DNA of 33,085 bases from Bacteroidales bacterium (lineage in GTDB: Bacteria > Bacteroidota > Bacteroidia > Bacteroidales > CG2-30-32-10): the NCBI GenBank assembly GCA_041658145.1, contig JBBAAT010000001.1, forward strand, positions 1-33,085, in the 5' to 3' direction. The notes beneath the pieces were generated by a model that was given only the letters and a program-made list of their open reading frames with translations, was not told the origin of the DNA and made no database searches. Positions within the stretch are counted from its first letter, which is position 1. Each line of letters opens with the position of its first letter. Positions 24,069 to 32,698 of the stretch are shown one piece after another. The translations under genes were made by a program, and so were the position numbers.

Positions 24069-24836
24069 ATGAACTATGAAATTTTAAAACATGAGATCCA
24101 GAACGGGATAGCTATTGTAACTATAAGCCGTCCTCAAGCCATGAATGCGCTAAACTCAAGGTTTTTTGCAGAAATGAATGAACTGCTTACTGAATTGGAA
24201 AACAGGAAAGACGTACGGATAATGGTTCTTACCGGCGAAGGCAAAGCATTTGCTGCCGGCGCTGATATTGCAGAAATGTCGGATATGAATTCAGAACAAG
24301 GAACGCAATTTTCGAAAACAGGTCAAAATGTCTTCAACAAAATGGGAACTGTTGGATTTCCGATTATAGGCGCTATAAATGGATTTGCTCTGGGTGGCGG
24401 TTGTGAACTTGCTATGGGCTGCGATATACGCATTGCAAGCACTTTCGCAAAATTCGGACAACCGGAGGTAAATCTCGGACTCATTCCAGGTTATTCCGGA
24501 ACACAGCGTTTACCAAGATATATTGGTTTATCCAATGCGCTTTATTTACTTCTGACTGCAGATATGATCAATGCAGAAGAAGCTTTCCGGCTTGGGCTTG
24601 TTCAAAAAGTTGTTGAGCCTGATCAACTGATGACCGAAACAATTGCTATTGCAAATAAAATTGCTTCCAAAGGGCCAAAGGCTATTAAAAAGATAAAGAA
24701 AGTTACCAGAGAAGGAATGCTTACTGATTTCAACAGCGGAAGCGAACTGGAATCCAAAGAATTCGGCTCTTTGTTTGGCAATGAAGGAGCAGAGGGTATG
24801 CGTGCATTCCTTGAAAAAAGAAAACCAAATTGGTAA
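24069..24836 (+). CDS. enoyl-CoA hydratase (crotonase family)
   Basis: 255-aa ORF with crotonase motifs LTGEGKAFAAGADI and NGFALGGGCELAMGCDIRIA. Confidence 0.9.
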   Translation: MNYEILKHEIQNGIAIVTISRPQAMNALNSRFFAEMNELLTELENRKDVRIMVLTGEGKAFAAGADIAEMSDMNSEQGTQFSKTGQNVFNKMGTVGFPIIGAINGFALGGGCELAMGCDIRIASTFAKFGQPEVNLGLIPGYSGTQRLPRYIGLSNALYLLLTADMINAEEAFRLGLVQKVVEPDQLMTETIAIANKIASKGPKAIKKIKKVTREGMLTDFNSGSELESKEFGSLFGNEGAEGMRAFLEKRKPNW

Positions 24837-24972
24837 CATCAGTAAACGTTGGAATTTTTTCTCAACATTCATTGCTAATTAAATAAAAGTTTTACTTTTG
24901 CTAAAACAAATCAACCTTGATTTTATAAAATAAAAAAATAATCTAAATGTTTAACCTTTTAAAAAAATAATC

Positions 24973-26310
24973 ATGAATTATAATGAACGGTTACAAAATG
25001 TAACAATTTTAGGTGCGACAGGAAAAATGGGAAGCGGCATCCTGTTGCTTACGGCCATGGAAATGACCGATTTAAAACTGAAACCTGAGAATAAAGACAA
25101 AGAGTATGTCATTTATGCTATGGCCCGGCGTCAAAAGGCTCTTTCTGACCTTATGATTTATATACAGGAACAAGTAGTAAAAGCTGCTGAGAAAAAAACT
25201 ATTGCGCTGCGCAAGGTATATGCTGATCGCAAAGACCTTATCAGCAACGGCGAAATCATTAACCAATATGTTAAGGATGTGATGAATGTCATTCGCCCTG
25301 TAACAACTATTGAATCGGCTTATGAATCATTCCTTATCTTTGAAGCTATCAGCGAAAATCCTGAACTGAAGATTCAAATGTTGTCGCAAATTGACAAAAA
25401 TAACAAAAACAAACCCTGGTATTTCACTAATACCTCATCAATTCCAATCGGATTCCTTGATAAAGAAATCGGTCTTGACGGAAGAATTTTAGGTACACAT
25501 TTCTACAATCCGCCTGCTGTTCAAAAGTTAGTTGAAGTTATCAAATCGGCAAATACAAAACCTGAACTGTCGGAATTTGCAAGTCAATATATTAAGAATA
25601 TGAAAAAGATTGAAGTTCCTTCTGCTGATTTTGCCGGTTTCGTTGGCAACGGACATTTCATGCGCGATGCATTACACGGCATGAAAGAAGCTATGAATCT
25701 TACAAAGGAAATGTCTTTTCCTGAAGCAGTTTATATTATGAATAAGGTAAGTCAAGATTACCTCATCCGCCCGATGGGCATCTTTCAACTTATTGATTAT
25801 GTCGGCATTGATGTTTGCCAGTTTATTATGAAAGTTATGAGTCCGCAGGTTAAAGACGAAGAAATTCACAGTCCTTTACTCGATCGTTTCATGTCATTAG
25901 GAGTGAAAGGCGGACAGAATTTCGATGGCTCACAAAAAGACGGATTCCTGAAATATGAAAAAGGGAAACCTGCTGGTATTTATGATCCCGAGAAAAAACA
26001 ATATGTCCCGATTGCAGATATTTCATCCAAATGCGATAGCAAACTTGGAAAGAATCCATCATCAATACTGCCATGGAAAACATTAGTCGGAGAAAGCAAT
26101 AAAGATGAATTATTAAAAAAATATTATTCGGAATTAAAATCAATGGATACTTTGGGCGCACGATTAGCAGTATCTTATGCTAAACGTTCTAAAGAAATTG
26201 GGCTTAAACTGGTAAAAGACAAAGTAGCTTTCAACGAAAAAGATGTGAATACAGTTCTTTTAACAGGATTTTTCCATGCTTATGGTCCTATTAACGATTA
26301 TTTAAACTAA
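24973..26310 (+). CDS. 3-hydroxyacyl-CoA dehydrogenase family protein (unusually long, 445 aa)
   Basis: Rossmann motif ILGATGKMGSG and the HADH signature region GTHFYNPPAVQKLVEV. It has insertions and a C-terminal extension relative to the ~280-aa Hbd-type enzymes as I recall them. Confidence 0.8.
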   Translation: MNYNERLQNVTILGATGKMGSGILLLTAMEMTDLKLKPENKDKEYVIYAMARRQKALSDLMIYIQEQVVKAAEKKTIALRKVYADRKDLISNGEIINQYVKDVMNVIRPVTTIESAYESFLIFEAISENPELKIQMLSQIDKNNKNKPWYFTNTSSIPIGFLDKEIGLDGRILGTHFYNPPAVQKLVEVIKSANTKPELSEFASQYIKNMKKIEVPSADFAGFVGNGHFMRDALHGMKEAMNLTKEMSFPEAVYIMNKVSQDYLIRPMGIFQLIDYVGIDVCQFIMKVMSPQVKDEEIHSPLLDRFMSLGVKGGQNFDGSQKDGFLKYEKGKPAGIYDPEKKQYVPIADISSKCDSKLGKNPSSILPWKTLVGESNKDELLKKYYSELKSMDTLGARLAVSYAKRSKEIGLKLVKDKVAFNEKDVNTVLLTGFFHAYGPINDYLN

Positions 26311-26437
26311 TGTTAAGTTAAGAGTGATATGTCGAATAGATTGCTTCGTCGTTCCTCTTCGCAATGACGTCATTGCGAAGCCGACGAAGGAGGGTGAAGC
26401 AATCTTACTGCGTAGAAATAAGTTTAACATAACACTA
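26309..26437. repeat. palindromic REP/MITE-like element, family 'cgcaatgacg-tcattgcgaag', copy 3
   Basis: Outer arms tgttaagttaa / ttaacataacact. The inner palindrome agattgcttcgtcgttcctcttcgcaatgacg|tcattgcgaagccgacgaaggagggtgaagcaatct is collinear with copy 1. The element abuts the HADH stop codon. Confidence 0.85.
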
Positions 26438-26491
26438 ATTTAATTATACCAATTAATGCATTTAAACATTTAACCTTTAATAAATAAAAAT

Positions 26492-27736
26492 ATGAAAAAT
26501 TTAAGAAGAAAAGTATATATGGTAGCCGGATATAATACCATTTCAATGGGAACCGGCAGAAAAGAATTCAGCCCTAAGAAAGAACGCCCGGGACTGGAAG
26601 AATATGTTAAAGAAGCAGGACAGGGTGTATTGAAACAAATAGGAGGAGCAGCAAATGTTGACGAATGTGTCATCGGTAATTTTATTGCTTCGCTTTTTAA
26701 CAGGCAGGGGAACATGGCAGGGTTTTTCCCGTTTATTGATAAAGGACTCACTTTTAAACCCTGCACCCGAGTTGAAGGAGCATGTGGTACCGGAGCCCTG
26801 GCTCTTGCTACCGGTATTAAATCCATTCTGGCTGAGACCGCTGAAGTGGTTCTTGTGCTTGGCGTGGAAGTTCAGAATACCGTTAAAGCTATTTATGGCG
26901 CTGATATCCTTGCAACAGCAGCCTGGGCAAAAGAAAGGAAAGACGGTCATGCTTATTTTTTCCCCGGGAAATTCAGCGACCGTGCAGGCGCTTACTATGA
27001 AAAATTCGGAAAAGAAAAAACACGCAAGGCAATGGCAAAATGGTATGTGAATGCCATTGAAAATGCACGCCTCTGTCCTACAGCACAGGAGTTTCACAAT
27101 ACCACCAAAGATTTGATGGCACAGGGAATGTCGGAACCCAGTCCAAAAGCTTTTGTTGATAATCTTAACTTTTTTGATTGTTCCAAAGTTTCTGACGGAG
27201 CCTCGGGTATTGCTATAGTTTCGGAAGAAGGACTGAAACGTTGCGGTATTTCAAAGAAAGATGCAGTTGAAATTGTTGGATTCGGACAATCGGAATATGA
27301 CATCACCAAACCTCCTGCAGATCTTACAAAGCTTGAAACTACTGCAAACGCTGCAAAGAAAGCTATGGAAATGGCAGGAATTACTAAGGATCAACTTGCA
27401 ACGGTTGAAACTCATGATTGTTTTACTATTGCAGGCATTATGGCTGTTGAAGCAATTGGTTTAGCCGAATACGGCAAAGGAACAGATTATGTTCTCGAAG
27501 GAAAAACTGCACGCGGAGGCGAAGTTCAATTTAATACTACAGGCGGATTAGTTGGATGGGGACATCCTACAGGAGCTACAGGTGTTCATCAGGCTGCAAC
27601 AATTTTAGAACAGTTGACTGGAAAAGCCTGTGATGCACAGATAACCCTAAAACCAGAACGTCCTTATGGATTATCCATCAATATGGGTGGCGATGATAAA
27701 ACGCTGGTTTCAATAGTTTACAAGAAAGCGGAATAA
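26492..27736 (+). CDS. thiolase-like protein (SCPx / type-II thiolase-like acetyl-CoA C-acyltransferase)
   Basis: 414-aa ORF with active-site Cys context VEGACGTGALAL, C-terminal ETHDCF and GGLVGWGHPTGATG, typical of SCP-x-type thiolases. Confidence 0.85.
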   Translation: MKNLRRKVYMVAGYNTISMGTGRKEFSPKKERPGLEEYVKEAGQGVLKQIGGAANVDECVIGNFIASLFNRQGNMAGFFPFIDKGLTFKPCTRVEGACGTGALALATGIKSILAETAEVVLVLGVEVQNTVKAIYGADILATAAWAKERKDGHAYFFPGKFSDRAGAYYEKFGKEKTRKAMAKWYVNAIENARLCPTAQEFHNTTKDLMAQGMSEPSPKAFVDNLNFFDCSKVSDGASGIAIVSEEGLKRCGISKKDAVEIVGFGQSEYDITKPPADLTKLETTANAAKKAMEMAGITKDQLATVETHDCFTIAGIMAVEAIGLAEYGKGTDYVLEGKTARGGEVQFNTTGGLVGWGHPTGATGVHQAATILEQLTGKACDAQITLKPERPYGLSINMGGDDKTLVSIVYKKAE

Positions 27737-27757
27737 TTAATTTCATCATTAAATCAG

Positions 27758-27791
27758 GGTCACACTTAGTTCGTCGAAGTGTGACCTTTTT
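27758..27791 (+). terminator. rho-independent terminator after the thiolase gene
   Basis: Stem ggtcacac (27758-27765) / gtgtgacc (27779-27786) with a 13-nt loop, followed by ttttt (27787-27791). The GTG start proposed by the ORF track (27781) lies inside this stem. Confidence 0.6.
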
Positions 27792-27816
27792 AGTTTTTAA
27801 TATCCCAATATTATCC

Positions 27817-28398
27817 ATGGAACAAGACCGATATTATCATATTTTTAACAGAGGGAATAACAACGATATACTATTTTATGAAGATGAAAATTATGATTAT
27901 TTCATAAAGAAATATCGTTTTTATCTTGATAAATATGTTGATACACTTTGTTTTTGTTTAATGAAAACCCATTTTCATTTTTTAATAAAAATAAAAGATA
28001 CTGAACCAAATATTTCCGAAGTAAACAAAAAATCTATTTTAACACCGTTGGAAAAAGCATTTAAGGATTTTTTTATCTCTTACGCTAAAAGCATAAATAA
28101 AAAGTATCACCGGACTGGAAGTTTGTTTCAGTATAAATTCAAAAGAAAAGAAATTAGGGATGAATTCTATCTAAAAAATATTATTCGATATATCCACTTA
28201 AATCCTGTGGAATCAGGTTATTGCTTCACTCCAGACAAATACTATCAAAGTTCTTATAATACGATTTTGAAAGGAGATAACTCTTGGATTCGCACTGATC
28301 TTGTAATTGATTTTTTCGGAAATCTTGACGACTTCAAGAATTTCCATCAACAATTGGACGAAAACCCAAACCTTCGCCCTGACTTCAAAAGTTTTTAA
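27817..28398 (+). CDS. REP-associated tyrosine transposase (RAYT; IS200/IS605-like Y1 HUH transposase)
   Basis: N-terminal YHIFNRGNN, HUH motif in THFHFLIK and catalytic-Tyr motif RYIHLNPV. The start is moved to the ATG at 27817 (MEQDRYYHIF). It is very AT-rich (12/60 G+C in line 27901-27960, against 32/60 in thiolase line 27541-27600). Confidence 0.85.
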   Translation: MEQDRYYHIFNRGNNNDILFYEDENYDYFIKKYRFYLDKYVDTLCFCLMKTHFHFLIKIKDTEPNISEVNKKSILTPLEKAFKDFFISYAKSINKKYHRTGSLFQYKFKRKEIRDEFYLKNIIRYIHLNPVESGYCFTPDKYYQSSYNTILKGDNSWIRTDLVIDFFGNLDDFKNFHQQLDENPNLRPDFKSF

Positions 28399-28411
28399 AA
28401 CTTTTGAAGTC
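28381..28411. repeat. perfect 14-bp inverted repeat centred on the RAYT stop codon
   Basis: gacttcaaaagttt (28381-28394) / aaacttttgaagtc (28398-28411), separated by 3 nt. The TAA stop is at 28396-28398. No T-run follows. Confidence 0.85.
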
Positions 28412-28442
28412 TTGCTAGCGCAGGCGAATAAAAACTAAGCAA

Positions 28443-29393
28443 ATGAACCGAATCACTCAACTCTTCAACATAAAATACCCCATCATCCAGGCAGGAATGA
28501 TATGGTGCAGCGGATGGAAACTTGCCTCAGCAGTTAGCAATGCCGGCGGACTTGGATTGATTGGTGCCGGATCGATGACACCTGAAATTCTGCGGGAACA
28601 TATAAGAAAATGTAAAGCCGCTACGAATAAAGCTTTCGGAGTAAATATTCCGCTCCTCTTTCCGTACGCTGATGAGTTCATTAAAATTGTTATTGAAGAA
28701 AAAATAAAAGTTGTTTTTACTTCTGCCGGTAATCCTGCAAAGTGGACATCCTTTCTGAAAGACAATGGTATCAAGGTCGTTCACGTTGTTGCCAATGTAA
28801 AATTTGCGAAGAAATGTAAAGAAGCCGGTGTTGATGCCATCGTAGCTGAGGGCTTTGAAGCCGGCGGCCATAACGGAAAAGAAGAAACCACTACAATGGT
28901 TCTGATTCCCATGGTTAGAGAAGTTGTTTCTATTCCATTGATCGCTGCAGGAGGCATAGGTACAGGCAGGGGCATGCTTGCTGCTATGGCACTTGGAGCC
29001 GAAGGAGTTCAAATAGGAAGCCGCTTTGTTGCATCAGAGGAATCTTCTGCTCATCCTAACTTCAAGCAAAAAGTGATCGAAACAAAAGACGGCGACACCA
29101 TGCTCACTTTTAAACGCTTTGTCCCGGTGAGGCTGATCAAAAATAAATTTTTCAATGATGTTGAAAATCTTGAAATGCAGGGCGCTTCTGTTGAACAGTT
29201 GTCTGAACTTCTCGGAAAAGGAAGAGCTTGCAAAGGCATGTTTGAAGGCGATGTGGATGAAGGAGAGCTTGAGATAGGCCAGATATCAGGATTGATAAAA
29301 GAAATAAAACCTGCCGGAAAAATTGTGGAAGAGATCATGAATGAATTTCAGAAAGCAAAAGAAGAGTTATTAACTGATGTTACGCATATTTAA
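28443..29393 (+). CDS. nitronate monooxygenase family FMN oxidoreductase (FabK-like enoyl-ACP reductase II candidate)
   Basis: 316-aa ORF with motifs PIIQAGMIWCSGWKLASAVSNAGGLGLIG, AEGFEAGGH and AAGGIGTGRG, typical of the NMO/FabK family. Confidence 0.85.
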   Translation: MNRITQLFNIKYPIIQAGMIWCSGWKLASAVSNAGGLGLIGAGSMTPEILREHIRKCKAATNKAFGVNIPLLFPYADEFIKIVIEEKIKVVFTSAGNPAKWTSFLKDNGIKVVHVVANVKFAKKCKEAGVDAIVAEGFEAGGHNGKEETTTMVLIPMVREVVSIPLIAAGGIGTGRGMLAAMALGAEGVQIGSRFVASEESSAHPNFKQKVIETKDGDTMLTFKRFVPVRLIKNKFFNDVENLEMQGASVEQLSELLGKGRACKGMFEGDVDEGELEIGQISGLIKEIKPAGKIVEEIMNEFQKAKEELLTDVTHI

Positions 29394-29407
29394 TATTTAT
29401 TTGTTAG

Positions 29408-29522
29408 TGTCACTCAGAGCCGGACATAGCATGGATTTGCGGGTTAGCGTCCGTGTCGAAGAGTGACTATGTGTTGGTCGGGCTTCGACACGTCCCGAAA
29501 TGGGGACGGCTCTGCCTGACCT
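29408..29522. repeat. nested palindromic element between convergent genes
   Basis: Outer stem cagagccg (29415-29422) / cggctctg (29507-29514). Inner perfect 10-bp stem cgtgtcgaag (29452-29461) / cttcgacacg (29483-29492). A further small hairpin is gtcccgaaatggggac. Confidence 0.8.
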
Positions 29523-29588
29523 CTAAATTTAGTAATCATTTGTTTTTATTTGCGTAACATCAGTTATTAAAAATAAATTTCTGAAATA

Positions 29589-30782
29589 TTATTTCAACTC
29601 ATTTACTGCAATCCACGCCATCAGCCCCATTCCTGTGATCATACAACTTTCATCTACATCGAAAGTTGAGGTATGCAGATTCGATACAATTCCTTTTGCT
29701 TCATTGCGCACACCAAGCCGGTAATAACAGGAAGGCACTTTCTGCGAGAAATAGGCGAAATCTTCAGCAGTCATGCGCATATCTAGGTCAACGACATTTT
29801 CATGTCCAAGATAATCAATCGCAAGTCGTTTAACTTCGCTTGTCAGCATATCGTCATTTACAAGGAAAGGATATCCTTTTACAATATTTACATTGCAGTT
29901 GCCTCCCATATTTTGCGCCACCTGCGATGCCACAGAAGAAATAATATCGTGGGCTTTCGCTCTCCATTCCTCATCATAAGCACGCATTGTCCCGTCAATT
30001 TTTACTTCATCCGGAATTACATTCGTTCCGCCTTCGCCTGCAATTCTGCCAAAAGCCAATAAAGAAGGATAATCCGAAGGTTTATTTTTTTCGAACTCTT
30101 TTGACAATTCCAATAAAACGCTTGCTGCAATAGTTATAGGATTCACCACTAATTCAGGAGTCGCAGCATGTCCTCCTTTTCCTGTTACGATAATATATAT
30201 CTCATCGGTAGAAGCCATGTACTTTCCGGGTTTCAGTCCGATTTTCCCTGCATCAAGAGATGGAAGGACGTGTTGCCCGAAAACATGAGCTACTTTAGGG
30301 TTTTCGAGTACCCCCTCGTTTATCATGGCAATTGCGCCGCCCGGGAACTTCTCTTCTGATGGCTGAAAGAAAAGCTTTATCGTTCCTCCAAATTCGTTTT
30401 TGAGTTCGTTCAGAATTTTTGCAGCGCCCAGCAGGCAGGCAATATGTACATCATGACCGCAGGCATGCATAACACCATCAACGCACGACCGGTAATTCTT
30501 TTCATTGTTTTCATGGATTGGAAGAGCATCCATATCCGCCCGCAATGCTATTACCTTTCCTTTCTTTACTCCTTTTATTAAAGCTACAATTCCGGTTTTT
30601 GCAATTCCCTGCCGGAAAGATATATCATATTCGTTTAACTTAGATGCAATATATTCAGAGGTGTTGTATTCCCGAAACCCAAGTTCAGGATAGGCGTGAA
30701 AATGCCGCCTTACAGAAATAATTTCCTGTAAATACAACTGCGACAACGACTTTATTTTTTCTTTAAGTTCAGATAAATTCAT
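29589..30782 (-). CDS. M20D family amidohydrolase (N-acyl-L-amino acid amidohydrolase / hippurate hydrolase-like)
   Basis: 397-aa ORF with motifs ALRADMDALPI, MHACGHDVH and GGHAATP. Confidence 0.85.
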   Translation of the reverse strand: MNLSELKEKIKSLSQLYLQEIISVRRHFHAYPELGFREYNTSEYIASKLNEYDISFRQGIAKTGIVALIKGVKKGKVIALRADMDALPIHENNEKNYRSCVDGVMHACGHDVHIACLLGAAKILNELKNEFGGTIKLFFQPSEEKFPGGAIAMINEGVLENPKVAHVFGQHVLPSLDAGKIGLKPGKYMASTDEIYIIVTGKGGHAATPELVVNPITIAASVLLELSKEFEKNKPSDYPSLLAFGRIAGEGGTNVIPDEVKIDGTMRAYDEEWRAKAHDIISSVASQVAQNMGGNCNVNIVKGYPFLVNDDMLTSEVKRLAIDYLGHENVVDLDMRMTAEDFAYFSQKVPSCYYRLGVRNEAKGIVSNLHTSTFDVDESCMITGMGLMAWIAVNELK

Positions 30783-30835
30783 AAAAATATATTATTAACA
30801 GCTTGCCCCGTTAAATGGGCGGGTTCAAGGTTGCA

Positions 30836-30870
30836 CGTCACCGCCACCTGGAAGCAAACGTCTGTTGGCA
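30836..30870 (-). repeat. intergenic repeat family 'aacaggcgtttgc', copy 3 (reverse orientation)
   Basis: caccgccacctggaagcaaacgtctgttgg resembles the reverse complement of ctaacaggcgtttgctgtcagtggcg (14466-14491). Confidence 0.55.
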
Positions 30871-30896
30871 GTATCCCATATTTTGAAAAATGGTTT

Positions 30897-31814
30897 TTAT
30901 TTATGTTCAAATACCATTTTCGTCTGTGTCAGATATGGTGTCAATCTGTTTTCCGCAAGCGAAATATATTCTGGATTTGTGTCATAACCAATAAAGTTTC
31001 TTTCGGATTTAATTGCTGAAACTGCTGTTGTTCCACTGCCCATAAAGGGGTCAAGTATAATGTCGTTTTTGAATGAGTACAATTGAATTAGTCGAAAAGG
31101 AAGTTCTTCAGGAAATGGTGCAGGATGTCCGATACGCCTTGCACTTTCTGCATTCATTGTCCAAATGGATTTTGTCCATTCCATAAATTGCTCTTTAGTA
31201 ATAGTATTTCCCTTTTCGATTTTTTCTCTTTTATAGTCACCTTTTGAAAACACTAAAATATATTCGTGAACGTCTCTAAGGATAGGATTTGCTGCACTTT
31301 GCCAACTTCCCCAAGCTGTTGAAGGACTTGCGCTTGCTGCTTTATTCCAAATGATTTCGCCTCTCATATTAAAGCCAATAGCAAGCATCATTTTTGAAAT
31401 GTAATCAGACAATGGTATATATGGTTTTCGTCCAAGGTTAGCAACATTAATGCAAGCACGGCCTCCATTAATAAGGACTCTGTATGTTTCTTTAAAAGCA
31501 TTTTTTAATAATTTAAGATATTCACTCAGTGAAAGATCATCGTCATATTCTTTAGTCACATTATAAGGAGGAGAAGTAATCATTAAATGAATAGAGTTGT
31601 CTGGCAACTCTTTCATATTCTCAGCAGAACCAAGAATAAGTGTATTTAAGAGTTTGTCAGGTAATTTATTTTCTGATTTATCCGTAATCTCCTTGCTTTC
31701 GATAGTTGAATACAATTTTGAATTGTAAAACTTAGAACTATCGTGATTGATTCTTCCGTTAGTTCCAAAAGCACTGGTAGTTGTTCCATTCTTTCTAACT
31801 ACTGTTGTTCCCAT
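30897..31814 (-). CDS. beta-class N4/N6 DNA methyltransferase (N6_N4_Mtase family; SPPY motif suggests N4-cytosine or N6-adenine)
   Basis: 305-aa ORF. Catalytic motif IV ITSPPYN precedes the AdoMet motif I DPFMGSGTT, which is the beta-class order. Its start overlaps the upstream ORF by 16 nt. Confidence 0.88.
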   Translation of the reverse strand: MGTTVVRKNGTTTSAFGTNGRINHDSSKFYNSKLYSTIESKEITDKSENKLPDKLLNTLILGSAENMKELPDNSIHLMITSPPYNVTKEYDDDLSLSEYLKLLKNAFKETYRVLINGGRACINVANLGRKPYIPLSDYISKMMLAIGFNMRGEIIWNKAASASPSTAWGSWQSAANPILRDVHEYILVFSKGDYKREKIEKGNTITKEQFMEWTKSIWTMNAESARRIGHPAPFPEELPFRLIQLYSFKNDIILDPFMGSGTTAVSAIKSERNFIGYDTNPEYISLAENRLTPYLTQTKMVFEHK

Positions 31815-32431
31815 AATTCAACCCATCTTTTAAAAGGTTTAAAATCCACTGTTTCTTTCTTCCAATTAATAGGAATTGATAAAGTGTTTTTATGTTGAAG
31901 TAACTCTTGGATCGCTTTACCACTCATTTCAACACCCCTTGGATTAGTTCCTGCCTTTGGCAGTTTTATGTATGCTTCTCTACCTATATTTTCTAACATT
32001 TCAAATTGTGTTTCTTTTGGAATGTAATAAAAACCGCCACCATTATCCCAATTAATTTGTACAAAAATCATGTCGCAAGAGGGTACGTATTTTTCACTAA
32101 ACTCTTTTGATTTTTCAGCATCAACAGTCCAAATAAGTTTTACACCACTTGGATTTTTTCCTGTAATGGTTTTTATTGAAATAGGATTATTATGAACTTC
32201 AACATCCACTTCTGCTTCAGTAATTGGGATTTCTGTCTTAACATTTATTTCACCAAATTTGTAAATAAATAAAGCAACGATAATTTTTTCTCTAACAGAA
32301 CCGACTTCCATACCAACTTTACCTGCTCTTGAGCTTTCCAACTCTGCAAGGTGAAATAATTTGGGGAGTTTGTTTTGAATTTTTGCAACTAATTCTTTAT
32401 CATAAAAAATCTCTTTAATTTTTTCAATCAT
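31799..32431 (-). CDS. putative type II restriction endonuclease (family not assignable by eye)
   Basis: 210-aa ORF immediately upstream of, and overlapping, the methyltransferase gene on the same strand. It has the same low G+C and a candidate acidic/Lys cluster (EAEVDVEV...ISIK). The assignment rests on context. I vaguely recall ThaI-family enzymes being about this size, but I cannot verify that. Confidence 0.6.
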   Translation of the reverse strand: MIEKIKEIFYDKELVAKIQNKLPKLFHLAELESSRAGKVGMEVGSVREKIIVALFIYKFGEINVKTEIPITEAEVDVEVHNNPISIKTITGKNPSGVKLIWTVDAEKSKEFSEKYVPSCDMIFVQINWDNGGGFYYIPKETQFEMLENIGREAYIKLPKAGTNPRGVEMSGKAIQELLQHKNTLSIPINWKKETVDFKPFKRWVELWEQQ

Positions 32432-32475
32432 TTTTTGTCAAACTTTGTTTCTGTTGATTCTATACTTTTTTGTTA

Positions 32476-32483
32476 CAAAGATA
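32476..32483 (-). promoter_or_regulatory. candidate -7 box (TAnnTTTG) for the R-M operon
   Basis: The minus strand reads tatctttg, 45 nt upstream of the ATG at 32431. Confidence 0.3.
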
Positions 32484-32610
32484 AGCTGAATTCAAGTTCG
32501 AAGTGCAACAAATATAAAAATATTTCAATGTCAATAATAATATTTTTTACACCAATCAGTATGTAAATGCGCTATCTTAAAGAATAAAATGTATACTTTG
32601 AACGGGCATA

Positions 32611-32698
32611 ATTTACTCACAATAATTATTTTTTTAAAGGCGTTCGTGAGATCCCTGCCCGACTGTGTCATTCAGGCTGGGCTTCGCTAAGTTGCGTT
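32611..32698 (-). repeat. solo unit of the MITE-internal repeat (reverse orientation) carrying a 29-bp nested insert
   Basis: The reverse complement reads cgcaacttagcgaagc[ccagcctgaatgacacagtcgggcaggg]atctcacgaacgcctttaaaaaaataattattgtgagtaaa. It is collinear with the 15446-15500 unit. The bracketed insert is related to the one in 9023-9351. Confidence 0.75.

Noticed and set aside
26543-27097. 184-aa minus-strand ORF and other frames overlapping the thiolase gene (26470-26826, 26655-27050, 27094-27309, 27261-27464)
   Set aside because: These are shadow ORFs of a strongly motif-supported thiolase CDS.
27781-27816. GTG start at 27781 for the RAYT gene (ORF track)
   Set aside because: The GTG lies within the 3' arm of the terminator hairpin of the upstream thiolase gene. 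The ATG at 27817 begins the conserved MEQDRYYHIFNRG N-terminus.
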